Source: Promethearchaeota archaeon (GTDB lineage Archaea > Asgardarchaeota > Lokiarchaeia > Sigyniarchaeales > SOKP01). From it: a DNA stretch of 14,782 nucleotides. Of the stretch, positions 1 through 7,861 are shown one piece after another; within the stretch, counting starts at the first letter, position 1, and each line of letters opens with the position of its first letter. Location: the NCBI GenBank assembly GCA_016840165.1, contig JAEOSU010000078.1, positions 1 to 14,782 on the forward strand, written 5' to 3'. Under the pieces are notes generated by a model. That model did not search any database. It was not told the origin of the DNA and saw only the letters and a program-made list of their open reading frames with translations. The translations under genes were made by a program, and so were the position numbers.

Positions 1-936
1 ATTACCTTTATCAATACTTTCGTGGATGAGATGTTTGTTTTCATTACCACAATTAGGACACTTACGTCGTCCCTCAGCTTTCTCAATGGTTAATAGCTCA
101 TCTGTAGATCCGGGGATACCGGGTGCTGCCCCGGAGGCGCTAGTTCCTTTAAGTTCTTCTAAATCCGCACTGATCTCTGCAGGAGTTACCTCTTTAACTT
201 CACTTTTAAATTCTGGTTCTATGGCTGCTGCAGCCTTGTCTGCTTCGGTTTCAGGTTCTAAGCTTGATTCTGCTCTTAATTGTACTGCATCGGATTCTTT
301 ATAATGCTCCCCTTTTTCTAGAGCTTGCAAGAAGTTAGTGTCATCACCTTCCTCAAAAATAACCTCATTTTGTAATCCTGCTCGTTCTGCGTCTATTTGT
401 CGAGCCCATTGTCCTGATTTTACCTTTTCTTTTACATTGCAAGCATTTCCTTGCCATACATATACCTTATTTCCTAAATCTAATACAAAACAATCTTCGG
501 TATCTAAAGATTCTTTGTTGTAGGGAACTTGTATCATTTTCATCGCATCTATTCCCTCAAATTCTTCTGAAGAGACACGATATAAAACGTTGATGTGTTC
601 AGAAAATTGAGCATAATCTCCAGTAACAACATCTTTTAACATGGTCCTCGCAACATTTTTTTCAACTACTTTCATGGCTCCCATACTATTAACTAGTTTT
701 AAAAATTCAGGAGTCTCTTGATTCTGATCAACAGTGATAATTTTTGCGGCTCCTCCTCTTTGTTGATCAAGAGTACGTGCTTGAGCGGCTCCAGCAGTTT
801 TCTCGTCTACACTACATTTATTTCCAATCCATACATAAATTGTTTTGTCATCATCGATGATATAGACGTCCCCAGTAGAAAACACAGGATTATTAATCTC
901 TTGAAGTTGGCCTTGATTGACCATAAAAATTTTCAT
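1..936 (-). CDS. Two-domain gelsolin-family protein (Asgard 2DGel-like) with acidic linker and C-terminal CxxC Zn-ribbon start; 3' end lies outside the window
   Basis: Translated by hand; it is missing from the ORF track, probably because it has no stop codon in the window. ATG at 936, open for 312 codons to the edge. Domain 1 (FSTGDVYIID..IYVWIGNKCSVDEKTAGAAQARTLDQQRGG..VDQNQETPEFL) matches the gelsolin G1 pattern (F.GD.Y..W.G..CS.DE..A....LD...G....Q..E...F). Domain 2 is LYRVS..QVPYNKESLDTEDCFVLDLGNKVYVWQGNACNVKEK..FEEGDD..F. An E/A/P-rich linker and RRKCPNCGN follow. Confidence 0.93.
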   Translation of the reverse strand, partial: MKIFMVNQGQLQEINNPVFSTGDVYIIDDDKTIYVWIGNKCSVDEKTAGAAQARTLDQQRGGAAKIITVDQNQETPEFLKLVNSMGAMKVVEKNVARTMLKDVVTGDYAQFSEHINVLYRVSSEEFEGIDAMKMIQVPYNKESLDTEDCFVLDLGNKVYVWQGNACNVKEKVKSGQWARQIDAERAGLQNEVIFEEGDDTNFLQALEKGEHYKESDAVQLRAESSLEPETEADKAAAAIEPEFKSEVKEVTPAEISADLEELKGTSASGAAPGIPGSTDELLTIEKAEGRRKCPNCGNENKHLIHESIDKGN

Positions 937-940
937 ATTA

Positions 941-1005
941 CATCCTCAAAATTTTTTAAAAAGTTATTAAGAATATAGGGTCAGTATTTTTAAGTATTTA
1001 TAAAT
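941..1005 (-). promoter_or_regulatory. Putative archaeal TATA box (TTTATAAA, 997-1004) and Shine-Dalgarno-like GAGGA (943-947) for the gelsolin gene
   Basis: TTTATAAA lies about 60 nt upstream of ATG 936, and GAGGA lies 6 nt upstream of the ATG on the minus strand. The AT-rich background lowers specificity. Confidence 0.5.
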
Positions 1006-1027
1006 CGTCTAGGTGAAAATAAATAAT

Positions 1028-2455
1028 TTACTTAAAATCTTTTAACGCAAGACCGATTCGTTTAATAGTTTCTGGAATATCATCGATATCAATTGAAGAA
1101 TAGGCAATACGAATACCATTTATGTTTTCTTCTAAATTTTGGATCGGGATTACGCCCACTTTATATTGTTTTAGAAGATGATCAGCAAAATCTATTGCAC
1201 TAATGGCAGTAGGATCTAGATTTATAAAAACAAAAAAGCCTCCCGCATTTGGATCTACTGTAAGAAGGGGGTCATTCATTTTATTTAAAAGATTATTTAT
1301 CATTTCATATCTTTGTTTTAAAATTTCGACTATTTTATCCCTCTTCTTAATAATGTCATTAAATTTGTTTTCCTCTATTAATTTCATAGCTACAGTTTGA
1401 TAATAGTGATTGCAATTAGAGAGAGTACTTCTATTGAAAGCTGAGAGTTTGTTATCTATTTCTTTTTTAAGTGTTTCCAATTCCTTATCATCACTTATCC
1501 ATTTCTTTTTTAATCCAATCGTTGCAAATCCCACTCTCCCACCATACATTAATAATTCCTTGGTAATACCATCTAATTTGATAGGAATAATATTTTCTTC
1601 TAATTGCTGAAGGTCATAGAATATAGAGCATTGATTCACTTGATTAGAAAACACGTATGGCTCATAAGCATCATCTATAAGAGTAATAATTGGTATATCA
1701 TAATCTGAATTAATTTCCTTTAGATTATCGATTATTTCATTAACTTCTTCTCTTGTGGGGATAAATCCTGTAGGATTATTTGGAAAGCTTAATAATATAA
1801 CGAGTTTATTCTGATTATCAATAACAGTTTTCATCGCATCATTAAAACCTTTTACGTTAAATTTTTTATCGATAAAGAATTCAAAGGATTGAATTTTCGC
1901 ACCTAAATATCTAGTAACAATATTATCATAATTTCCCCACCTTTTATTCGGTATAATGATGTAATTAGAGCGATCAAGAAAAAGAGCACAACTTAAAAAA
2001 ATAGCATTAGTAACACCAGCGGTTACTATCGGATTAGTAATATATTTATCTAACTTAATTATCTCTTTTTGTTGAGTTGATTCATCATATAATGACTTCT
2101 TGATTATCCATTTTTTCCAATTTTCTCTCAATTTCTGGAGTCCTGGGATTGATGCATATGTTACTAAATCGCTAATCTCAGTATTTTGAAAATAATTCTT
2201 TACATCTTCTATATAACAAGGTACCCAATTTGAGGATCCTCCATCTATAAACTTATTCTCAAAAGAATAAGCAACTCCAATAGTTCCATTTAACTCCGCT
2301 TCGACTTTAGCTCTCCCTGACCAAAAAAAAATTCCTTCTGGCAAAAAAATCCTTTTTCCTAATTCTGAAAAGGCAGAATAAAGAGGTGTTTTATTTATTA
2401 TATCAAAATCCATAGTAAAAAGGTTCAAAGTATTTTTTTTACTAAAATTTTCCAT
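1028..2455 (-). CDS. PLP-dependent aminotransferase class I/II (aspartate aminotransferase-like)
   Basis: Fold-type I motifs: FPNNPTG, DDAY (PLP-pyridine Asp), KLDGITKE..GGRVGF (PLP lysine and Arg), GGFF and the C-terminal IRIAYS Arg. The real start may be the second ATG at 2413 (MDFDII...), which would leave a more plausible divergent promoter gap. Confidence 0.92.
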   Translation of the reverse strand: MENFSKKNTLNLFTMDFDIINKTPLYSAFSELGKRIFLPEGIFFWSGRAKVEAELNGTIGVAYSFENKFIDGGSSNWVPCYIEDVKNYFQNTEISDLVTYASIPGLQKLRENWKKWIIKKSLYDESTQQKEIIKLDKYITNPIVTAGVTNAIFLSCALFLDRSNYIIIPNKRWGNYDNIVTRYLGAKIQSFEFFIDKKFNVKGFNDAMKTVIDNQNKLVILLSFPNNPTGFIPTREEVNEIIDNLKEINSDYDIPIITLIDDAYEPYVFSNQVNQCSIFYDLQQLEENIIPIKLDGITKELLMYGGRVGFATIGLKKKWISDDKELETLKKEIDNKLSAFNRSTLSNCNHYYQTVAMKLIEENKFNDIIKKRDKIVEILKQRYEMINNLLNKMNDPLLTVDPNAGGFFVFINLDPTAISAIDFADHLLKQYKVGVIPIQNLEENINGIRIAYSSIDIDDIPETIKRIGLALKDFK

Positions 2456-2494
2456 GAAATAAATATTTAAGCATCAAAAACTTAATAACAAATT

Positions 2495-3088
2495 ATGAGC
2501 CAAGAAAATAATCGAACTAATGAGATTCAAGAAAAGAAAAAAGAAAGCCTAATATTAAAAGGTTGGAAGGAATTTATGGCAGAAATTACCGAGGGATATA
2601 AAAAGTTCCAAAATTTTTATGAGGAACAAGCTAAAAAAAATCAAGATGCATGGAATAAAAATAAGGATAAGATAGTACAATTTTTCGATAATTCAAAAAA
2701 GAATTGGGATACAATGTTGATGGAATGGGGTTCTGAATTAGAAAAATTACAAACAGAAAATAAAGAACAATGGGATAAAAATAAAGAGAATATAGAAAAG
2801 TTTTTTAAAGAATCCAAGACAGCATGGGATACAAAATTTTTAGAATGGAAATCAGAGATTAATAGGCGGCAATCCGAAAGTCTTGCTGAATGGGAAGCGC
2901 GAAAGCAAAAGATTAGTGAAGATATAAAATCATGGCAGGAAAAAACTAAACATAATTGGGAACAAGGTTTAAAGGCTTGGCGTAGAGAAATGATAAAGGG
3001 TTCTTACATGTTTCTAGTATTCATGATTCCGATCTTGATTGTAATCTTCGTTATCGTTGCTTTAATTAATTGGTTATTACCTGATTAG
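2495..3088 (+). CDS. Hypothetical tail-anchored membrane protein with Trp-periodic amphipathic helical repeats
   Basis: 197-aa ORF with a K/E-rich helical body, regularly spaced W/F, a 40-aa internal repeat, and one hydrophobic segment at the extreme C-terminus (YMFLVFMIPILIVIFVIVALINWLL). No N-terminal signal peptide is visible. Confidence 0.85.
   Translation: MSQENNRTNEIQEKKKESLILKGWKEFMAEITEGYKKFQNFYEEQAKKNQDAWNKNKDKIVQFFDNSKKNWDTMLMEWGSELEKLQTENKEQWDKNKENIEKFFKESKTAWDTKFLEWKSEINRRQSESLAEWEARKQKISEDIKSWQEKTKHNWEQGLKAWRREMIKGSYMFLVFMIPILIVIFVIVALINWLLPD
2651..2890 (+). repeat. Degenerate 120-bp (40-aa) tandem repeat inside the tail-anchored protein
   Basis: WNKNKDKIVQFFDNSKKNWDTMLMEWGSELEKLQTENKEQ (from 2651) versus WDKNKENIEKFFKESKTAWDTKFLEWKSEINRRQSESLAE (from 2771). 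A third in-register TGG starts at 2891. Confidence 0.85.
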
Positions 3089-3119
3089 AATTTAAAGTAT
3101 CTAATTTTTTGAATCGATA

Positions 3120-3779
3120 ATGTTAGAAATTTTATTATTTTCTTTTCTTGTTGCTCTTACTGGAGCTTTATCTCCAGGGCCACTTCTGACCTATACGATA
3201 TATAAATCATTTAAAGAAAAGAGAGGATATTTAGAAGGTATTTATATTATATTGGGGCATGCAACCATTGAATTAATACTAATATTGTTCTTATTAGCAG
3301 GAGCCTCCTTTTTCTTCCAAAATATCTATATTTTAACCATAATAGGAATAGTAGGAGGATCTTTTTTGATACTTTTTGGAATCATATCGATAAAAGATGC
3401 GTTGAAAATTGAAAATAATCTTAATCTCTTTCAATCATCATCAAATTATAATCGGTTTAAAGGAAATAGTTTTATCGGTGGTATTTTGGTCACCTTATCA
3501 AATCCATTCTGGGAATTCTGGTGGGCAGTGGTGGGATTAGGTTTTATGGTTAATTTTAATATTAATTTTTTTAATCCGTTAGGGTTAATACTCTTTTTTA
3601 TTGGTCATGAGTTAGGAGATATTATATGGTATGTTCCAATATCAATTTCAGTATACTTTGGGGGGAGATCATTAAATTCAAGAATATATAAATATGTTAT
3701 AGTGCTCTGTGGGATCTTTATGATCATATTCGGCTTGTATTTAATATTTAATATTATCTTTTTCCCTCCTATTTCTTAA
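3120..3779 (+). CDS. LysE/RhtB-family translocator (amino-acid exporter-like membrane protein)
   Basis: N-terminal ALSPGP motif, a G(I)L(V)TLSNP..W motif in the second half, about six hydrophobic segments and a 219-aa length are all typical of the LysE superfamily. Confidence 0.88.
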   Translation: MLEILLFSFLVALTGALSPGPLLTYTIYKSFKEKRGYLEGIYIILGHATIELILILFLLAGASFFFQNIYILTIIGIVGGSFLILFGIISIKDALKIENNLNLFQSSSNYNRFKGNSFIGGILVTLSNPFWEFWWAVVGLGFMVNFNINFFNPLGLILFFIGHELGDIIWYVPISISVYFGGRSLNSRIYKYVIVLCGIFMIIFGLYLIFNIIFFPPIS

Positions 3780-3943
3780 AATTTGCTTCTTAAACCTAAA
3801 TTAGATAGAATTCTTTGTCCTCTGTATATAATATTTGTATATTATTAACCAATATCAAGGATATACGTATTTTTATTATGTGAGAAGAAGATTCGTATTT
3901 AGATCTTAATATATTAAGAATAAAATGACTAATTTAATGGACC

Positions 3944-4810
3944 ATGAAGGATAAGGAAATGATTAATTGCCCAGTTTGTGGTACCAAATTTATTCCTAGA
4001 AGTTTTTATCCAGAAGACGCTATTTTTTCAACTATGGATGGGAAAAAATTGTCAGGATTTAACGGATATATTAGTAGTAGAGGTGTAAAACCCCTAGAAG
4101 TAATTTTAAGTACTTGGAAAACGTATTGCCCTAACTGTAATTATATCCTCAATTTTGTAAAGGAAATTGTACGAAAAGAGAAACTCCATATTCAAAAAGC
4201 ACCATCTAAAGAGGTCTCAAGTAAATATAATAGTTATTATTTTGGATTTCCCTTTGGAGATTATAGCCAATATCTTAAAAAAGTATCTAGAAAGATGGAA
4301 GAGGGAATCCAATCAATTCTAAACGATTTAGATTTTGAAACATGGGAAAATTTGTATATAATTGAGGATCATTTCAAATTCTTGGTAAAATTCTATGCAA
4401 ATTTAGAACACTACTGCGATACGAAACTTGGAATGGAGGATGAAAAAGATCTCATTGCTAAGGTTAGAAAATTAAAACTTACTGAAGATCTTGAACAGAA
4501 TCTATTAGAATTAAATGTTGTTAAAGATAAACTAATTAAAGGAGATTATGAACTCTCTTCAGAAGAACAATCTTCAATTCGAACAGTATTAGTAAGGTTT
4601 GTTCTTTTCTTACTTAAAAAACGACTAGAAACTTTGATAAACAAAAAAGATTTACTTAAGGGATACGAATTCCTTAATAGAATCGATCTCGAGTCGGAAA
4701 TTAAAGGCTATATTAGCCACTATTTATATTCCACTTTTAATAGTGATCCAAAAAGTAAGAAACAGATTAATAACTTTTTACAAAATATCTTTGAAGAAGC
4801 TCAAATATAA
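3944..4810 (+). CDS. Hypothetical protein with split N-terminal Zn ribbon (CPVC...CPNC) and helical C-terminal domain (possibly degenerate HEPN-like)
   Basis: 288-aa ORF with CPVC at aa 9-12 and CPNC at aa 62-65. The C-terminal part is helical and contains LLELNVVKDKLIKGDYELS. Confidence 0.8.
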   Translation: MKDKEMINCPVCGTKFIPRSFYPEDAIFSTMDGKKLSGFNGYISSRGVKPLEVILSTWKTYCPNCNYILNFVKEIVRKEKLHIQKAPSKEVSSKYNSYYFGFPFGDYSQYLKKVSRKMEEGIQSILNDLDFETWENLYIIEDHFKFLVKFYANLEHYCDTKLGMEDEKDLIAKVRKLKLTEDLEQNLLELNVVKDKLIKGDYELSSEEQSSIRTVLVRFVLFLLKKRLETLINKKDLLKGYEFLNRIDLESEIKGYISHYLYSTFNSDPKSKKQINNFLQNIFEEAQI

Positions 4811-4830
4811 AAAATAAGAATCAACTTAAT

Positions 4831-6876
4831 TTAGCTCTCAAATAAACCTAAATTCGGATCTAAAAATTGATTTTGACACATAGGACACGAATTGTATCTT
4901 GAAAGCCAATCAGCTACGCAAAGATAATGGTAAGTACTTCCACAGAAAGGACAAGTTATGACTTGATTCCTGCTAAAATCAATATTTTTATGACATACCG
5001 TACACTGAACATTAGACGCAGAAACTCCTGCCCTTATTTTAACCTTATTAGATAAAATTTCATCTAGTTTAGCTTTTTCGACTTGATATAATCCTAAACT
5101 TGTATTCAATTGATTGATTTTCGCTTCAATTTCACCGATTCGTTCTTTTAATTCTCCTTCTGTCAATCTTTCAGCAAGAAATGCTGATAATGCGAAATTA
5201 AAAGGTAAACCCTCGAAATTTTCAGCTTGTTTAGTAATCTCAGTAATCTCAGCGAATAGAATTGATTCTTCATCAATTAAATCTTTAAAACTTCTGAAGA
5301 TTTTATTAACTAGGATAGACAACAAGAATGTAACCTGTTGCTTTTTTCGATTGAAATTTTTTTCCCAATAACGAATGATATTATACATATCAACATTACT
5401 GTCTTTATACTTACCAAGTGCATTATACACATCTTCTTTAATGACCTCAATTTGTTGCTTATAATTTTTAATAATATCTCTTACCTTTCGTAATTGAGGT
5501 AACTCCTCCCTTATAATTAAAGAAGTTTCATCTTCATACGAACTAATAATTTTATTTACTTGGGAAAGTTTCTTATCTACTAAATTCCTAACTTCTATTC
5601 GTAGACTTTCATCTTTTATACTCATCAAATAATTTGCATATTCTTCCTTTCTACGATAAATCTCAGAGCTCAGACTTGATAACGTTTTCTTTAACGAATT
5701 AGTAATATTTTCATAGGGTTTTAGAAACTTATCGAAACTCAATAACCAAGAATCAAATTTATCAATAAGCGCTGATAATAAATCGATTTTACTATAAAAA
5801 GTATCAATAATCTTTACAAATTCATCCGTTTCTTTGTCATCAACGGTGCTAATCATAGATTGAAATTTTTTATCTAATCCATTGAAATATAGATTAACGA
5901 TTTTAGAAAGAAGATCAGTAAATTTTTCCTTTAATAGAGCCTCTCTGTTGAATTTTCCCTTCTGTTGAGTCTCATCTATACCATATTCCTTATCTAATTC
6001 GCTAATTTCTTTTAAAATAACATTGAAATTTTCGCTAATATATGACAAAATAAATGATTTCATTTCATTTTTAAGAGATTTGATAACCTCTTTTCGCTCT
6101 AAGACATTAATAAACTCCTCTTCTTTCTCGAATTCTTCAAAAAACTCTTTTTTATACAAGAAATAGATTATATCATGATAAAAATCTAATTTTTGCTTTT
6201 CTTTACTAAGTATAAATTGATATAACTCATCAAAATGAAAAGAATAGGTTTGTTCTTTTTTCAATTTTGTTTTTCTTTTACTATCTGCCTCAACTAGACT
6301 AATGAGAAATACATTTAATGCTTTAATTTCTTCCCATAGTAATAAATCATTTGGTATTTTGTTTAATTTAAAGTTTAAATTTTTAACTTTATTTGCTCTT
6401 ATCCATATCTCTCTTTCATTTTTATATTCTTTTTCAATTGGAGCAAGATTTTTCTTCAAATCTGGTAGAATATCATTAATATCATTTGTAATCTTTTTTG
6501 CCAATATAATATAATTATTCAGAAACGAATTTTGCTTTAAATGGCGCTTAATACTGCCAGCATTAGAGATAAGGTTTCCTAAATTACGTGATATAAAGTT
6601 TAATTCCTCGATAATATCTGATTTAAGAATTATATAATTTTCTTTCGGAATATCTATTAGATATTGTTGGATAAATGAAATTATTTCAAGCACATAATTT
6701 GAATATTCGTCGAGAAGATGAAAGCGAAACTTATTCTCAAGATAGTCCTTCAGTTCGGTTGATTTTTCAGTTTGTGATTGGATATTTGAGATCTCCTCCT
6801 TGGTTTTAAGTATTTCTGACTTATTATATGCCTTTAACTCTCTAATATTATCAAACTTATTATCAAAAAAAAGCAT
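4831..6876 (-). CDS. Large helical/coiled-coil protein with C-terminal C4HC3 RING-type zinc finger (candidate E3 ubiquitin ligase)
   Basis: 681 aa, mostly K/E/L-rich helical sequence. Residues 625-667 (nt 5004-4876) read C-x2-C-x13-C-x2-C-x4-H-x2-C-x3-W-x6-CPMC. An SD-like GGTG lies 7 nt upstream of ATG 6876. Confidence 0.85.
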   Translation of the reverse strand: MLFFDNKFDNIRELKAYNKSEILKTKEEISNIQSQTEKSTELKDYLENKFRFHLLDEYSNYVLEIISFIQQYLIDIPKENYIILKSDIIEELNFISRNLGNLISNAGSIKRHLKQNSFLNNYIILAKKITNDINDILPDLKKNLAPIEKEYKNEREIWIRANKVKNLNFKLNKIPNDLLLWEEIKALNVFLISLVEADSKRKTKLKKEQTYSFHFDELYQFILSKEKQKLDFYHDIIYFLYKKEFFEEFEKEEEFINVLERKEVIKSLKNEMKSFILSYISENFNVILKEISELDKEYGIDETQQKGKFNREALLKEKFTDLLSKIVNLYFNGLDKKFQSMISTVDDKETDEFVKIIDTFYSKIDLLSALIDKFDSWLLSFDKFLKPYENITNSLKKTLSSLSSEIYRRKEEYANYLMSIKDESLRIEVRNLVDKKLSQVNKIISSYEDETSLIIREELPQLRKVRDIIKNYKQQIEVIKEDVYNALGKYKDSNVDMYNIIRYWEKNFNRKKQQVTFLLSILVNKIFRSFKDLIDEESILFAEITEITKQAENFEGLPFNFALSAFLAERLTEGELKERIGEIEAKINQLNTSLGLYQVEKAKLDEILSNKVKIRAGVSASNVQCTVCHKNIDFSRNQVITCPFCGSTYHYLCVADWLSRYNSCPMCQNQFLDPNLGLFES

Positions 6877-6931
6877 TGAATAGCACCATTATACTTATAA
6901 ATTAATTCACAACTAAACGAAATATCTAATC

Positions 6932-6946
6932 ATTAAAATTTTTTGT
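6932..6946 (-). promoter_or_regulatory. Putative BRE/TATA element ACAAAAAATTTTAAT upstream of the RING gene
   Basis: A purine-rich run followed by TTTTAAT about 55 nt upstream of ATG 6876. A near-identical element lies upstream of the proteasome beta gene. Confidence 0.4.
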
Positions 6947-7016
6947 GATAAATCTTACAGAAATAGGGATATTATGATTTTGACATAATTTTTGATATAA
7001 GGGAGAATAAAATAAA

Positions 7017-7634
7017 CTACTCTCCTAATTCATCAATCTCAATATGTTTCTCTTTTGCCCCATCTTTGGTTATAATAAGAAGATCAATTCCATTCCCTGT
7101 CATTGCATCACGTTTTATAGCATTTCTGATGGTTTTTTCCACTAACTGAGTTCCCTCTTCAATGGTCAAATTAGGTTTATATTCTGCTTCTAAAATTCCG
7201 ACTGACATTAACATACCAGTACCCGTAACGCCATAATCATCAGGGATAAGAGAACCAATTGCATCTAAAGAATATAGCTTCGGTCCATCCTCATCTACAC
7301 CTGCAACAACAATATTAGTATATAAGGGAGCCATTTTTCGGGAATAAAGAAAGTTGGAAATTAATTTTGCCAAACTTTTTGTTGTTATCCTCTGTCCAGC
7401 ATCTAATTGATAGAGGTTTGCTTGAGCTCTCATAATCCTTACCAGAATCTGAAAATCGCCAATAAGACCATATGCAGCAAGTCCGATATGATCGGTTATT
7501 TTAAATACTTTTTGCGTCGATTTATTTGTTACTGTATATCCCCAAGTCGCTCTTCTGTCGTTGCCCAAAATAACGCCATCTTTACATTTAATGGCAACTC
7601 CGACTGCTCCTGGAACCATAATTTCTTGAGACAT
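7017..7634 (-). CDS. psmB: 20S proteasome beta subunit, non-catalytic type (Thr1 replaced by Ala)
   Basis: Ntn-hydrolase/proteasome beta motifs: KDGVIL.ND.RAT.G, KVFKITDHIG..YG..GD.Q.L, VAGVD..GP.LYS.D..GS, TGTG and RDAMTGNG. The usual G-TTT reads G-AVG. Confidence 0.95.
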   Translation of the reverse strand: MSQEIMVPGAVGVAIKCKDGVILGNDRRATWGYTVTNKSTQKVFKITDHIGLAAYGLIGDFQILVRIMRAQANLYQLDAGQRITTKSLAKLISNFLYSRKMAPLYTNIVVAGVDEDGPKLYSLDAIGSLIPDDYGVTGTGMLMSVGILEAEYKPNLTIEEGTQLVEKTIRNAIKRDAMTGNGIDLLIITKDGAKEKHIEIDELGE

Positions 7635-7702
7635 TTTCTGTACCTTTTAAAAATTAAAAAATTGATTATTTTAACTTAATAGTTATAAGAAAATGAGAAT
7701 TA

Positions 7703-7716
7703 ATTAAAATTTTTGT
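7703..7716 (-). promoter_or_regulatory. Putative BRE/TATA element ACAAAAATTTTAAT upstream of psmB
   Basis: The same motif as at 6932-6946 with one fewer A, about 68 nt upstream of ATG 7634. Confidence 0.4.
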
Positions 7717-7861
7717 TTTAAATTATAAAAGACTGTGAATCGGTAATCATCATCAAATATTTCAGAACATACAAAATCCTGAAAAATACAATAATATCAT
7801 CTGTTAATAAAAGCTTCTTATAATAGCTATTTATTTTATGATAAAATGTAAGAGCTTAAAC

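Noticed and set aside
26-978. Plus-strand ORFs 26..304, 338..523 and 718..978
   Set aside because: They are antisense shadows of the gelsolin gene on the minus strand; Ser/Phe-rich with no motifs.
1203-1610. Plus-strand ORFs 1203..1400 and 1410..1610
   Set aside because: Antisense to the aminotransferase, with no coding features.
2495-3088. SNARE or phage tape-measure protein
   Set aside because: The periodicity is aromatic 7/11 with 40-aa repeats rather than an aliphatic heptad SNARE motif with a Q/R zero layer. It is far too short for a tape measure and has no phage neighbours.
4831-6876. SMC/Rad50 ATPase or proteasome-activating (PAN/HbYX) protein
   Set aside because: No Walker A/B or AAA motifs. 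The C-terminus LFES is not an HbYX motif, and neither is YTF of the TPR-LRR protein.
5114-7679. Plus-strand ORFs 5114..5371, 6302..6514 and 7407..7679
   Set aside because: Antisense shadows of the RING gene and psmB. Their hydrophobicity reflects complemented Lys/Glu codons.
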